Origin: a virus
Lineage: Duplodnaviria > Heunggongvirae > Uroviricota > Caudoviricetes
Direction: 5' to 3' (one strand)
Length of the DNA: 64,000 nucleotides
Virus record (IMG/VR): IMGVR_UViG_3300042563_001894
Shown here: piece after piece, positions 54,487 through 63,366 of the stretch
How positions within the stretch are numbered: the stretch's first letter is position 1
Layout: each line of letters begins with the position of its first letter
The notes under the pieces: generated by a model
What the model saw: only the letters and a program-made list of their open reading frames with translations
Database searches by the model: none
What the model was told of the DNA's origin: nothing
Program-made: the position numbers and the translations under genes

Positions 54487-55139
54487 GTCAAACCATTTCC
54501 AAATCTATCGAAATATCCAATAACAGCGTTTGAATACATATATGTGCTATCATACATATTTTTATTATTAATTATTTCTGTTATAATGTGCCAAACCAAG
54601 TCTAATTCTTGTTCTTGAGCACTCTCGTTATAGACAAAGCTTTCAATAAATTCCCCAAGTGCGTCATCATCAATTTCTCCACCGTTAATCATTGGGTTAG
54701 TTAATTCCAACGATAAATAAAAATTAAACATTTCATGGTCTTCGTAACCAATATCCCAATTCAATACGTAACATTCCGAATTAAGTTTTTCTTCATCATG
54801 TAACTCAATAGATGTAAAATTACTACACTTGTCATTAATTTTCTGTCTTAATTCTTGGTTAATATAAAAGTATCTTATGTTACCTACTCTACAATATTTT
54901 TCATAAATGTCTTTTCCCCACTCTGGTAAATCTTTGGTTCCGGTCATTACCATAAAGTCGTATAGTGATTCCTCAAGGTGTCCATCAACAACAAAATTAC
55001 TGTAAGATATATCGTTAGGGTTTTCTATATCCCATTCAATAGAGTCCTCGTTAAGTTGAGGATATAATAATAATCCATTGATATTAAGGGGCGTATCTAT
55101 GGTTTTAAGAAATAGTCGTAATAATTTATCTTTGTTCAT
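54483..55139 (-). CDS. Hypothetical protein (opposite strand)
   Basis: 218-aa ORF. Confidence 0.5.
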   Translation of the reverse strand: MNKDKLLRLFLKTIDTPLNINGLLLYPQLNEDSIEWDIENPNDISYSNFVVDGHLEESLYDFMVMTGTKDLPEWGKDIYEKYCRVGNIRYFYINQELRQKINDKCSNFTSIELHDEEKLNSECYVLNWDIGYEDHEMFNFYLSLELTNPMINGGEIDDDALGEFIESFVYNESAQEQELDLVWHIITEIINNKNMYDSTYMYSNAVIGYFDRFGNGLT

Positions 55140-55181
55140 AACAATAAATATATATATTTATATAAATAATGAATATAGTTT

Positions 55182-55727
55182 ATGGGAAAATTTGAAAGTT
55201 GGTTGCAAAATTTAATTGAAAAAGAAGGATTTGACGAGGCTAAGTCAATGTTGGGTTTAACCACAATAGAATTAATTCAGAAAAGTGATTGTCAAATAGA
55301 TTTTGAGATGGCAAATTATATTCTTGATTATTTATTTAGGGAAAAACTATTTCCTTGGAAATATAAAAAATGTCAATTAAGTTATGATGGGTTTAGTGGT
55401 GTAGTTAATTGGGACTGTGATTGGAGTGGTGATTTTTATAATGATTATAATGATGAAACAACATCTAGTATGGCGACACCATTTTGGGATGGTTATGGTA
55501 ATATTCCCGTTGACACTGAATTATATAAGGCGGTGGATTCAAATAATAATGGGATTTTATTAGGACCTGATGATTTGGATAATAGTCAATCTTACACTTC
55601 TATTGAGTGGAATAAAAAATTTGATAATCTTGCCTCATACAGTATGTGGATAAGAAGATTTTACTTACCTAACGTTTATGAAGCAATCTCACAACATTTG
55701 GATAATTATCGTAATTACGAAGATTAA
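55182..55727 (+). CDS. Hypothetical protein
   Basis: 181-aa ORF. Confidence 0.5.
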   Translation: MGKFESWLQNLIEKEGFDEAKSMLGLTTIELIQKSDCQIDFEMANYILDYLFREKLFPWKYKKCQLSYDGFSGVVNWDCDWSGDFYNDYNDETTSSMATPFWDGYGNIPVDTELYKAVDSNNNGILLGPDDLDNSQSYTSIEWNKKFDNLASYSMWIRRFYLPNVYEAISQHLDNYRNYED

Positions 55728-56542
55728 ATTAAAATTCTCTCGTCTGTTTTCTTTAGATATAAATCTTTTGTGTCTTTAGTTACATATAATAATACGTCAC
55801 CATTGTCATATTCTGTGTAATCATCAACAATTTCCTCAGACATACCCAACAATATTGTTTGGGAATTAAACCCAAAATTTTTAGCATCTTCTCCATCTAA
55901 TTGTTCGTCAGGTTTTGCTTTGAAGAAATAATCTTTCCAACGACCACTCCAAGATATATAATCTAAATATTGAATCTCAACTTGTTCATCACTATATATA
56001 TTTCCTGTTGCGTCACAATTTGAACAATTTACGTCTCCATCGCCACCACAATAATTGCAAGATTCTTCTCCACTACCATTACATCTTCCACAAGTCATTC
56101 TTCCGGAACCTTCACACATATCACATTCTTCACCGGCATCTTCATCCATACCTGAACCACCACAATAGTCACAATCTTCTTCACCATTACCATCGCAACG
56201 ATTACATTCTGTTTCACCTGTTCCATCACAATAATCACAAGGTTCGCGTCCGTTATGACAATCAGGACAATCAACTTCAGGTTCGGTATTGTAGATTTCA
56301 ATTAACTCAACGGAATACATATTGGTTTCAATTCTGTCATAAGCTTCATCAATGTCTTGTTCCTTATTATTAATAGGAATTAAGAAACTATAAAAAATAA
56401 CATCTTCAGGTGACATTCTATCTAATAATGGTTTGAAGTGTTTATCATTCCATAAAGATTGGTATACGGAGTTAGGTGATGAGTAGTCATCAAAGTAGTT
56501 TGCCGTTTTCTTAACTAATGAAAGTAATTTGTGTTTTTCCAT
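55724..56542 (-). CDS. Cysteine-rich protein with eight CxxCxGxG (DnaJ CR-type) zinc-finger repeats
   Basis: CPDCHNGREPCDYCDGTGETECNRCDGNGEEDCDYCGGSGMDEDAGEECDMCEGSGRMTCGRCNGSGEESCNYCGGDGDVNCSNCDATG. Confidence 0.6.
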   Translation of the reverse strand: MEKHKLLSLVKKTANYFDDYSSPNSVYQSLWNDKHFKPLLDRMSPEDVIFYSFLIPINNKEQDIDEAYDRIETNMYSVELIEIYNTEPEVDCPDCHNGREPCDYCDGTGETECNRCDGNGEEDCDYCGGSGMDEDAGEECDMCEGSGRMTCGRCNGSGEESCNYCGGDGDVNCSNCDATGNIYSDEQVEIQYLDYISWSGRWKDYFFKAKPDEQLDGEDAKNFGFNSQTILLGMSEEIVDDYTEYDNGDVLLYVTKDTKDLYLKKTDERILI

Positions 56543-56573
56543 AATATTTTAGATTACAAATATATTTATAAAT

Positions 56574-57659
56574 ATGAGAATTATAATTAAAGAAAACCAA
56601 TATTTTAAAATATTAGAGAATACTGATATAGAACCGTCAAAAACAACTATTAAAAACATTTGTGATAGTGAGAAGTTCTGTAAAGCCCAAGGTAAGATTA
56701 CCTTTGGTCAGTTACGAGCAATTGTTGAGAGTGCTACAAAACAAAGAATATTTAAACACGTTGGTGAAGGTGGTGTTAAAGCGACAATTAGATTATTGCC
56801 TTGGTTCTTACCACAACTTATGATTCCTGGTATTGTTGGTGGAGTTATTAGAGCCGTTAACAAAATATTAAAACCAAGTTTAACTGAAACTGAAAATTAT
56901 AAAACTTTTTGGGGTAAAGTAATTCTTAAATCATTTCAGGTTGCTGAGGGTGATTTACATTTAAGTGACCCCTTCTCTAAGATATTCTTCATATCCGATG
57001 GTTTAATGACTATGATGGATGATAAATATAAAATTAGGTTTGCTAGACATATTGCAGAAATTGCTTCAAACAAACCGGATGACGAAGAAGTTCCTGAGTA
57101 TTTTGTTGAGAATGAGTTAAGACATTGGGTTAACGATAAGTTTTTATTGGACCCACCATTATCATCAAGGTTAAACGAACAAGAGGAAATTGTGGATACA
57201 ACACCCAACTTTAATAAATTAGTTTATCTACCTGAAGAGAAAGCTATGATTGGTGCCTATATGATTACCGGGGATAGTGGGAAGATGATTGATGTATTAA
57301 ACATTCACGAACAATTGGATAATGCTGGTTTGTTTATGGATGGTGCGGAATCATACAACATTCATATATTCTTTAGTAAGTTACCAAAATCTCAAATAGA
57401 AATGTTAGGTCCGGTTGAAGGTAAAGAAGGTTTTGAATTTATTAAAATACCTTATTGGTTGTATAAGAAAATGTCTACAGAATTATCTATCAGACGATAC
57501 ACAAAATTAAAAAGATTATCGATTGCTCGAAGTCAGGTAAATGATTACTTTCTTAAATTAATTAACAATCCGGATGTTGAGAGGTATTTTAATATAGTTG
57601 ATACGGATGATATTAGTCAACAAAGATTTAAATCATATCAAAGACATTACAAACCTTAA
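56574..57659 (+). CDS. Hypothetical protein
   Basis: 361-aa ORF. Confidence 0.5.
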   Translation: MRIIIKENQYFKILENTDIEPSKTTIKNICDSEKFCKAQGKITFGQLRAIVESATKQRIFKHVGEGGVKATIRLLPWFLPQLMIPGIVGGVIRAVNKILKPSLTETENYKTFWGKVILKSFQVAEGDLHLSDPFSKIFFISDGLMTMMDDKYKIRFARHIAEIASNKPDDEEVPEYFVENELRHWVNDKFLLDPPLSSRLNEQEEIVDTTPNFNKLVYLPEEKAMIGAYMITGDSGKMIDVLNIHEQLDNAGLFMDGAESYNIHIFFSKLPKSQIEMLGPVEGKEGFEFIKIPYWLYKKMSTELSIRRYTKLKRLSIARSQVNDYFLKLINNPDVERYFNIVDTDDISQQRFKSYQRHYKP

Positions 57660-58150
57660 ACAATTCTAAAGGTAGTGTCATCAATAGAATCGTCAGTAGT
57701 CTCAGAATTATAAATGTCGGTGTCAATCAAATCTCCATCCCAAACTGAGTAGTCACCCTCTTGATTCATTCCACGAGCGTAGTTAAATATATCACCTTTT
57801 TCTGAGCTATAAGTTTCAATTTGATGTCTATATGTTTGTTTAACCCACTGAGTTTCCCACAAATACCAATCAAATTCTACTTTTTTAAATGTTGGTTTAT
57901 TAAGGTTGTTGGTTAATCTATCTTCTTCAAACAAATCTTCATTCAATTTCCAAACATTATAAATGTAATCACAATCAAGTGAGCTATCGTTACCTCTAAT
58001 TCCAAGAGTCGATTCAATAGTTTCAACACCTTCTTGTAATTCATAATCTTGGGATGATTCCAACGTTTCAAAATCAACCTCTTCCATCACCATTTTAATG
58101 AACTTAAATAGGGTTTTGTCGGGTATTGTGTCAAAGATACTTGCGCTCAT
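57656..58150 (-). CDS. Hypothetical acidic protein
   Basis: 164 aa; CATATTTATTATAAAAAAC lies 4 nt upstream of its ATG. Confidence 0.5.
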   Translation of the reverse strand: MSASIFDTIPDKTLFKFIKMVMEEVDFETLESSQDYELQEGVETIESTLGIRGNDSSLDCDYIYNVWKLNEDLFEEDRLTNNLNKPTFKKVEFDWYLWETQWVKQTYRHQIETYSSEKGDIFNYARGMNQEGDYSVWDGDLIDTDIYNSETTDDSIDDTTFRIV

Positions 58151-58207
58151 AAAAGTTTTTTATAATAAATATGACGGATTAAAAAAAAATGTCTATATTT
58201 GCCTCAT

Positions 58208-58939
58208 ATGGCACGACAAGCATTATATGATGATTTAGATTTAGTTTCCCGAGGTTATAGAATTAACCCCGATTGGAACAGGAATTTCCGTGAGGACCAA
58301 GATAAGGTAACCAAAGTAGTTAATGGAATTTTGGATATGAATTTAGGACCTTACATTAACCAAGAAAGAACAATGTTGTCAGAGTTTTATTTCACAAAGT
58401 ATTGGGGTGTTGGGAACTATTGTTTTGTTTATAAAATGAAAGAAGAATATAATCAAACTGAAGTTCTTATTGGGGCTATTATGGAATCAACGGATGAAGT
58501 ATTAAGATGGTATGACTTGACTACTATGATTAATTTCAATATTATTATCATCACACCACATAGAACAATTAGAAAAACTTATTTGGATTTGTTATATGAA
58601 TATGTTACTATGGCGGCTAACGGTAGATTTTTCTCAGCTCAAGATGTGATTCTTAATCACCCAAGAATTCAACAAATGAAAGAATGGGTTACAAGATATA
58701 GAGAATATGATAGAGTAACAAGAAAAACTGTTTTGAGTGACCACCCATATTCTAGAATGGAAAAAAATGGAGAACACGGTGAAATTCTACAATTAAGGTA
58801 TGATGTTGATTCTAGAAAGAGAGAAACGATGAATCAATATATTGGTGGTGGACAACAAATGAGTTATTCTATAGAACAAAGACAAAGAGTTGAAAAAGAA
58901 AGTTTAATAACAAGAATAAAAAATAAAATAAAATGGTAA
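58208..58939 (+). CDS. Hypothetical protein (start reassigned to the ATG; the ORF-track start at 58199 is TTG)
   Basis: MARQALYDDL...; a TATATTTG -7 box at 58194..58201 ends 6 nt before the ATG. Confidence 0.5.
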   Translation: MARQALYDDLDLVSRGYRINPDWNRNFREDQDKVTKVVNGILDMNLGPYINQERTMLSEFYFTKYWGVGNYCFVYKMKEEYNQTEVLIGAIMESTDEVLRWYDLTTMINFNIIIITPHRTIRKTYLDLLYEYVTMAANGRFFSAQDVILNHPRIQQMKEWVTRYREYDRVTRKTVLSDHPYSRMEKNGEHGEILQLRYDVDSRKRETMNQYIGGGQQMSYSIEQRQRVEKESLITRIKNKIKW

Positions 58940-59145
58940 ATATGCAAACATTAGTGTTTAATAGTACAGAGAAAACAGCTGTACTTAAAGAAGGGTTTAG
59001 AGGAATGGAATTACTAAACTTTAAAGATGTTCCAACAGTAAAAGTTGAGAACGGGTATTACGAGGTAATGCAAATACAAGGAGAACAAAAAGTTCCGGTG
59101 TTAAGAGTACCAATGGCGAATACGAATATGTTAATTCAAAAATAA
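58933..59145 (+). CDS. Hypothetical protein
   Basis: 70-aa ORF. Confidence 0.4.
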   Translation: MVNMQTLVFNSTEKTAVLKEGFRGMELLNFKDVPTVKVENGYYEVMQIQGEQKVPVLRVPMANTNMLIQK

Positions 59146-59146
59146 T

Positions 59147-59662
59147 ATGAACTACGTAGATTGGTGTATTGAACAACACCGTAAAACAAATCATTTCTAC
59201 GACAGATATTTGCCGTATGAATTTCACCTACGAATGGTGAACAATGTGTATGAGGATTTTCAACACCTATTAGATGAGGAGTTAAATGATTATTGTGGTA
59301 AAGCTGTTTGGGCTCACGATACAATAGAAGACACACGAGTATCTTATAATGATGTAAAAAATCAATTAGGAGATGAAGTTGCTGATATCGTTTACGCAGT
59401 TACCAACGACAAAGGTAAGAATCGTAAAGAGAGAGCGGGAGACAGATACTATGAGGGTATTAGAAATACTCCGGGAGCTGTGTTTGTGAAACTATGTGAT
59501 AGAATTGCGAACGTTCAGTATGGTAAGATGACTAAATCTCGTATGTTTGAGATGTATAAAAAAGAAAACCCCGAGTTCATCCGTCAGTTGGGGTATGATA
59601 TGAACGAGTACAATGTATATGGGGATGTGTTCCATTATTTGAATAATTTATTTAGAGATTAA
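59147..59662 (+). CDS. HD-domain phosphohydrolase of the RelA/SpoT (p)ppGpp-hydrolase type
   Basis: HLRMVNNV...AVWAHDTIEDTRVSYNDVKNQLGDEVADIVYAVTNDKGKNRKER resembles the H...HD(V/I)(V/I)EDT...G..VA..V..VTK..R.ER pattern. Confidence 0.7.
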   Translation: MNYVDWCIEQHRKTNHFYDRYLPYEFHLRMVNNVYEDFQHLLDEELNDYCGKAVWAHDTIEDTRVSYNDVKNQLGDEVADIVYAVTNDKGKNRKERAGDRYYEGIRNTPGAVFVKLCDRIANVQYGKMTKSRMFEMYKKENPEFIRQLGYDMNEYNVYGDVFHYLNNLFRD

Positions 59663-59666
59663 AAAT

Positions 59667-59915
59667 ATGGAAGATTTATTAAAGTTTGTATTTAGATTTG
59701 TGTTATGGATGGCTTGGTTTACGACCACAATTATTGGTCTTAATCTTCTTAATCAAAAAGTTGATTGGCAAAACTATTTGGGTGTTTTTATCCTTTGTCT
59801 ATCTCTATTGTGTGTTGTTTATTATGTTAAAAATAATTTCCACACACTATTAAATGTTGTAAAAGATAATTTATCAAAAATGGTGGTGTATTTAAAAAAA
59901 ATGTTTAAAAAATAA
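59667..59915 (+). CDS. Small two-TM membrane protein
   Basis: 82 aa. Confidence 0.4.
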   Translation: MEDLLKFVFRFVLWMAWFTTTIIGLNLLNQKVDWQNYLGVFILCLSLLCVVYYVKNNFHTLLNVVKDNLSKMVVYLKKMFKK

Positions 59916-59920
59916 AAGAT

Positions 59921-60151
59921 ATGAAAAGTTTATTAAAGTTTTTAGGAGTATTAGTTGTGTTGTTTGTTTGGGTTGAATTGATTAACTTATCGTTCTATCT
60001 TATGGATTTATCTGACACCTATATTTTCTATGGTGGGGTTTTATTGTTGGCGTTGATAACAGTTGGACCAATCCTTTATTTTGGGGATAACATTGTAATG
60101 TTCTTGAAGAATATGAAAGGTGTTTTTAGTAGTGAGGAAAAAAAAGAATAA
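59921..60151 (+). CDS. Small two-TM membrane protein
   Basis: 76 aa. Confidence 0.4.
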   Translation: MKSLLKFLGVLVVLFVWVELINLSFYLMDLSDTYIFYGGVLLLALITVGPILYFGDNIVMFLKNMKGVFSSEEKKE

Positions 60152-60156
60152 AAAAA

Positions 60157-60187
60157 ATTGTATGTTAAACAAAATTGAGTATCTTTG
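60157..60187 (+). promoter_or_regulatory. Host-type promoter ATTG-N19-TATCTTTG
   Basis: TATCTTTGTACTC at 60180, as in the copy at 49597. ATG at 60227. Confidence 0.5.
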
Positions 60188-60226
60188 TACTCTAATTAAA
60201 AAATAATAATTTAAAAAAGTAAAAAA

Positions 60227-61066
60227 ATGAAAAGAATTTTAGCGATTGTGGGTGTAGTGGTATTGTTTTTAGCAGTATTTAATTCGTGTGAAGTAATTGA
60301 TGCAGGACACGTAGGGGTTAAAGTTGATATGTATGGTTCCGGTAAAGGTGTCAATAACGTAACAGCGTGTACAGGATGGGTATTTTATAATCCTGTTACA
60401 ACAAAGGTTTATGAGTTTCCAACTTTTATCCAACACAAAGAGTATAAGAATACTGAGGATGGGGACAACTCTTTCACGGTTAATACAAAAGATGGTTCCG
60501 AGTTCAGAGTATCTCCTATCTTAAACTACTCTGTAAGTGCCGATAAAGCTCCTTCAATCTTTGCGAAGTATAGAAGAACGTTACCGGAGTTAGAGGAAGG
60601 TTTCTTAAAGACGGCTATTTACGACGCATTCCGATTGGCGACCAATAAGTATACCGCAGAACAATTAATCTCTAATAGAGCACTGTTTGAAGTTGAAGTA
60701 AGAAAGTTGTTAGAATCACAGGTTGTTAAAGAAGGATTTATTGTGAATCAATTTACGTCTAATTTAGAATACCCAACATCGTTCAAGAATGCAATTAACG
60801 CTAAGAACAACGCGGTACAGGCGGCATTAACCGCGGAGAATCAAGTACAGACTGCGACAGCTCAAGCTAAGATTAAAGTGGCGAAAGCACAAGGGGACGC
60901 TGAGGCTTTGTTAACAAACGCAAGAGCTGAGGCAGAATCAAACAAGTTGAGACAATCTACTTTAACACCAATGTTGTTACAACAACAATGGATTGAGAAA
61001 TGGGATGGAGCACTTCCAAGTACTCAATTGGCTTCCGGAGCAAACACAATGTACGGATTAAAATAA
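60227..61066 (+). CDS. SPFH/band-7 (stomatin/prohibitin/HflKC-like) membrane protein
   Basis: N-terminal TM, then AGHVGVKVDMYG...TKDGSEFRVSPILNYSV... and a C-terminal Ala/Glu-rich helix AKIKVAKAQGDAEALLTNARAEAES. Confidence 0.6.
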   Translation: MKRILAIVGVVVLFLAVFNSCEVIDAGHVGVKVDMYGSGKGVNNVTACTGWVFYNPVTTKVYEFPTFIQHKEYKNTEDGDNSFTVNTKDGSEFRVSPILNYSVSADKAPSIFAKYRRTLPELEEGFLKTAIYDAFRLATNKYTAEQLISNRALFEVEVRKLLESQVVKEGFIVNQFTSNLEYPTSFKNAINAKNNAVQAALTAENQVQTATAQAKIKVAKAQGDAEALLTNARAEAESNKLRQSTLTPMLLQQQWIEKWDGALPSTQLASGANTMYGLK

Positions 61067-61129
61067 TATTAATAATGGAAAAGGGGTGAGATAATTACTC
61101 CTTTTCCTATAATAAAATAAAAAAAAATT

Positions 61130-61489
61130 ATGTTAGGATTAGTATTGGTAGGATTATTGATTATAGATTTAATTCTCTTCGTGTCGTTTGAGTTAGTCAA
61201 CATTAACGTATGTGGGTACCCACCAAAAGATGAGGATGTTTTAGAGTTCCTTGAGAAAGTTAAAAAAAGTAACCCATCACTTTTAGATGGTGCTAAACCG
61301 GATAGTATGTTACGTTCAAATGGTAACCCGTTTATCTCAAATAGTTTAAAAACTGTTTTAATGGGTTGTTATATTAATGATGTCGGTACAATACCAAGAT
61401 GGTATAAGTCGTATGGTGAGATTCAAAAATTATATGTTGAGTTGGGTGCGAATAGTAGTAAAACAAAAAAAGAAAAATTAGGATTATGA
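61130..61489 (+). CDS. Small membrane-anchored protein; tandem paralog 1
   Basis: 119 aa with an N-terminal TM and the motifs GYPPKDEDVLEFLEKV and KLGL-stop, shared with the next ORF. Confidence 0.5.
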   Translation: MLGLVLVGLLIIDLILFVSFELVNINVCGYPPKDEDVLEFLEKVKKSNPSLLDGAKPDSMLRSNGNPFISNSLKTVLMGCYINDVGTIPRWYKSYGEIQKLYVELGANSSKTKKEKLGL

Positions 61490-61854
61490 TAACACTTTTA
61501 GTAATATTAGTAATTATTGTGTCAATAGTTTTAGTGGCGGTGGAAATAGTTAATTTATTTGAATTTGGTATACCCCCAAACGATTCTGACATTTTAGAGA
61601 TGGTGGAAAAGTATGAGGTTGAGTACGAGGTAGATAAAAAATGGAACGATAAGTTTAAACTTAAAGCTTCTTATAGGTCAAACACTCCTAATATAAATCA
61701 AACACAGTATAGTATTATATTTCCATACTACATAAGTGATGTAGGTTTAGTACCAATTTGGTATAAATCCACAAAAATAATTGAACAATTATTTAAAGAC
61801 AAAATTGCAAAGTCTAAGTATAAAATAACAACAAGAGAAAAATTAGGATTATGA
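61486..61854 (+). CDS. Small membrane-anchored protein; tandem paralog 2
   Basis: 122 aa with GIPPNDSDILEMVEKY...KLGL, overlapping by 4 nt. Confidence 0.5.
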   Translation: MITLLVILVIIVSIVLVAVEIVNLFEFGIPPNDSDILEMVEKYEVEYEVDKKWNDKFKLKASYRSNTPNINQTQYSIIFPYYISDVGLVPIWYKSTKIIEQLFKDKIAKSKYKITTREKLGL

Positions 61855-62408
61855 GATTAAATAAAAATTCAGTTAGTTCAAGACTATACAAATGGTTTTA
61901 TGGTGTTAGTGAATACCAAGGGTTACCAAACAACTTATGTCCATACTTTTGGAAAGTAGTGTTGATGTATTTAACAATCATTCCATACACATTAATATCA
62001 ATCCCGGTGGTTGTTTATGATTTGTTTGATAAAAATTATAGCAATGGGGATAGAAAGACCGGTGAAAGATTAGGTATTAGTGTTGGTGTTTACATTGCAT
62101 TATTTATTCTTGCGACTTTAATCTCGGCAATACTTGCCTTATTCATTAAAGTTGAGAAAAACACTTTGTTTGAATTTTTGGTAGTTGGTGGTTGTTTATT
62201 TTGGACAGGTCTTATTGTTATCGGAGTGATTGAAGGTGTTAAACATTTGAGAGAATATTCTACAACTGATAAGTCCTATTATTCTGAAACAGAAAAGAAA
62301 TGGATTTATGAAAAAACCAAAGTTAATCTAACTACAGAATTTATTAAGGCGAAGTATAATAAATATTGTCCTAAGATTGATTGGGTTAGTAATGAATCAA
62401 AAGATTAA
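61851..62408 (+). CDS. Polytopic membrane protein
   Basis: 185 aa with about 4 TM segments. Confidence 0.5.
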   Translation: MRLNKNSVSSRLYKWFYGVSEYQGLPNNLCPYFWKVVLMYLTIIPYTLISIPVVVYDLFDKNYSNGDRKTGERLGISVGVYIALFILATLISAILALFIKVEKNTLFEFLVVGGCLFWTGLIVIGVIEGVKHLREYSTTDKSYYSETEKKWIYEKTKVNLTTEFIKAKYNKYCPKIDWVSNESKD

Positions 62409-62694
62409 TTACTTTAAAAAAATGTTGGAACACCAACACCCTAACCTCTATCATAGAGTTGGTATTAGTGCTGAGTTAGTCTCTAACTATTATCAATGTC
62501 GAGGGGTGGATGGTAGAATGAGAGCGGAACTTAATTATATCCCACAAAAATGTGAAATTGTAATTTCATTTCCCAATGTTGATTCATTATATTACGATAT
62601 GTGTTTTTATGTGGATTATCTATGGGGTGGAAACGTTGATGTAATAGCTTCATTTGATTTTAACGGAACTAATCATTTTAAATTTACAGTATAA
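62392..62694 (+). CDS. Hypothetical protein (start set at the ATG at 62392)
   Basis: MNQKINYFKKMLEHQHP... Confidence 0.45.
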   Translation: MNQKINYFKKMLEHQHPNLYHRVGISAELVSNYYQCRGVDGRMRAELNYIPQKCEIVISFPNVDSLYYDMCFYVDYLWGGNVDVIASFDFNGTNHFKFTV

Positions 62695-62722
62695 AAAACC
62701 CTCATTATGGAGGGTTTTTTTA
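62693..62722. terminator. Bidirectional terminator A6-CCCTC-attatg-GAGGG-T7
   Basis: Lies between the convergent 62392..62694 (+) and 62720..63307 (-) genes. Confidence 0.8.
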
Positions 62723-63307
62723 TATCTTATATTTTGTAAAGTCAGTTGAAGTTGGTTTTTCATTTTTGAAGTAATATACTTCTATCTTCCCATCATAGTT
62801 AATTGTTTTTCTATATGCTGTTGGAACGGTTGCTCCGGACGGTAACTTAATTGATTTTGGACCGAAGATACATCTGATTTCAACTACAACTACTTTATGT
62901 GTTTTTGATAGTTCTCGTTCTCTTACTTCAAGTAATCTCCACGTTGTTCTGTTAAGGTTCTCTTGTTGTAGAGAACAATTCAGGTAAGTGAATGTTTTGA
63001 ATAGAGTTTCTTTATCACAATTAAAGTCGGCCGCGGGAGCTAAATGACCTTTATCGTAAGGGTTTTTTTCGTAATCTTTAGCGTCAGATGTTTTAATTGA
63101 ATCACAAACATAAAAGTCCATCCCGGTTCTTGACGCAGTTCCATTTGGACATTGAACGGTGTAACGAATAAATTTAGGTTGTTCCAACTTCTCTGAATAT
63201 ACAATCTCAAACATTGGTGTTTTAACCACAATACTATCTCTTAATACTTTTTGTGAAAATGATGTGAATGTGATTAGGGTAATTAATACTAATAAAATGT
63301 TTTTCAT
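62720..63307 (-). CDS. Secreted DNA/RNA non-specific endonuclease
   Basis: Signal peptide MKNILLVLITLITFTSFSQ and active-site motif YDKGHLAPAADF (DRGH-type). Confidence 0.8.
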   Translation of the reverse strand: MKNILLVLITLITFTSFSQKVLRDSIVVKTPMFEIVYSEKLEQPKFIRYTVQCPNGTASRTGMDFYVCDSIKTSDAKDYEKNPYDKGHLAPAADFNCDKETLFKTFTYLNCSLQQENLNRTTWRLLEVRERELSKTHKVVVVEIRCIFGPKSIKLPSGATVPTAYRKTINYDGKIEVYYFKNEKPTSTDFTKYKI

Positions 63308-63366
63308 AATAATGTTTTACTATAAATATCGTAACCATTATTTGTTTTTGTTATATTTATAGAGGT

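Noticed and set aside
56008-56373. His/Asn-rich 121-aa plus-strand ORF and a 68-aa minus-strand ORF
   Set aside because: Both are alternative-frame artefacts of the repetitive CxxCxGxG coding sequence of the minus-strand gene 55724..56542.
53060-58201. ORF-track start codons at 53060 and 58199
   Set aside because: These are TTG codons reported as M, and they overlap upstream genes or promoter boxes. The starts were reassigned to the downstream ATGs at 53090 and 58208.
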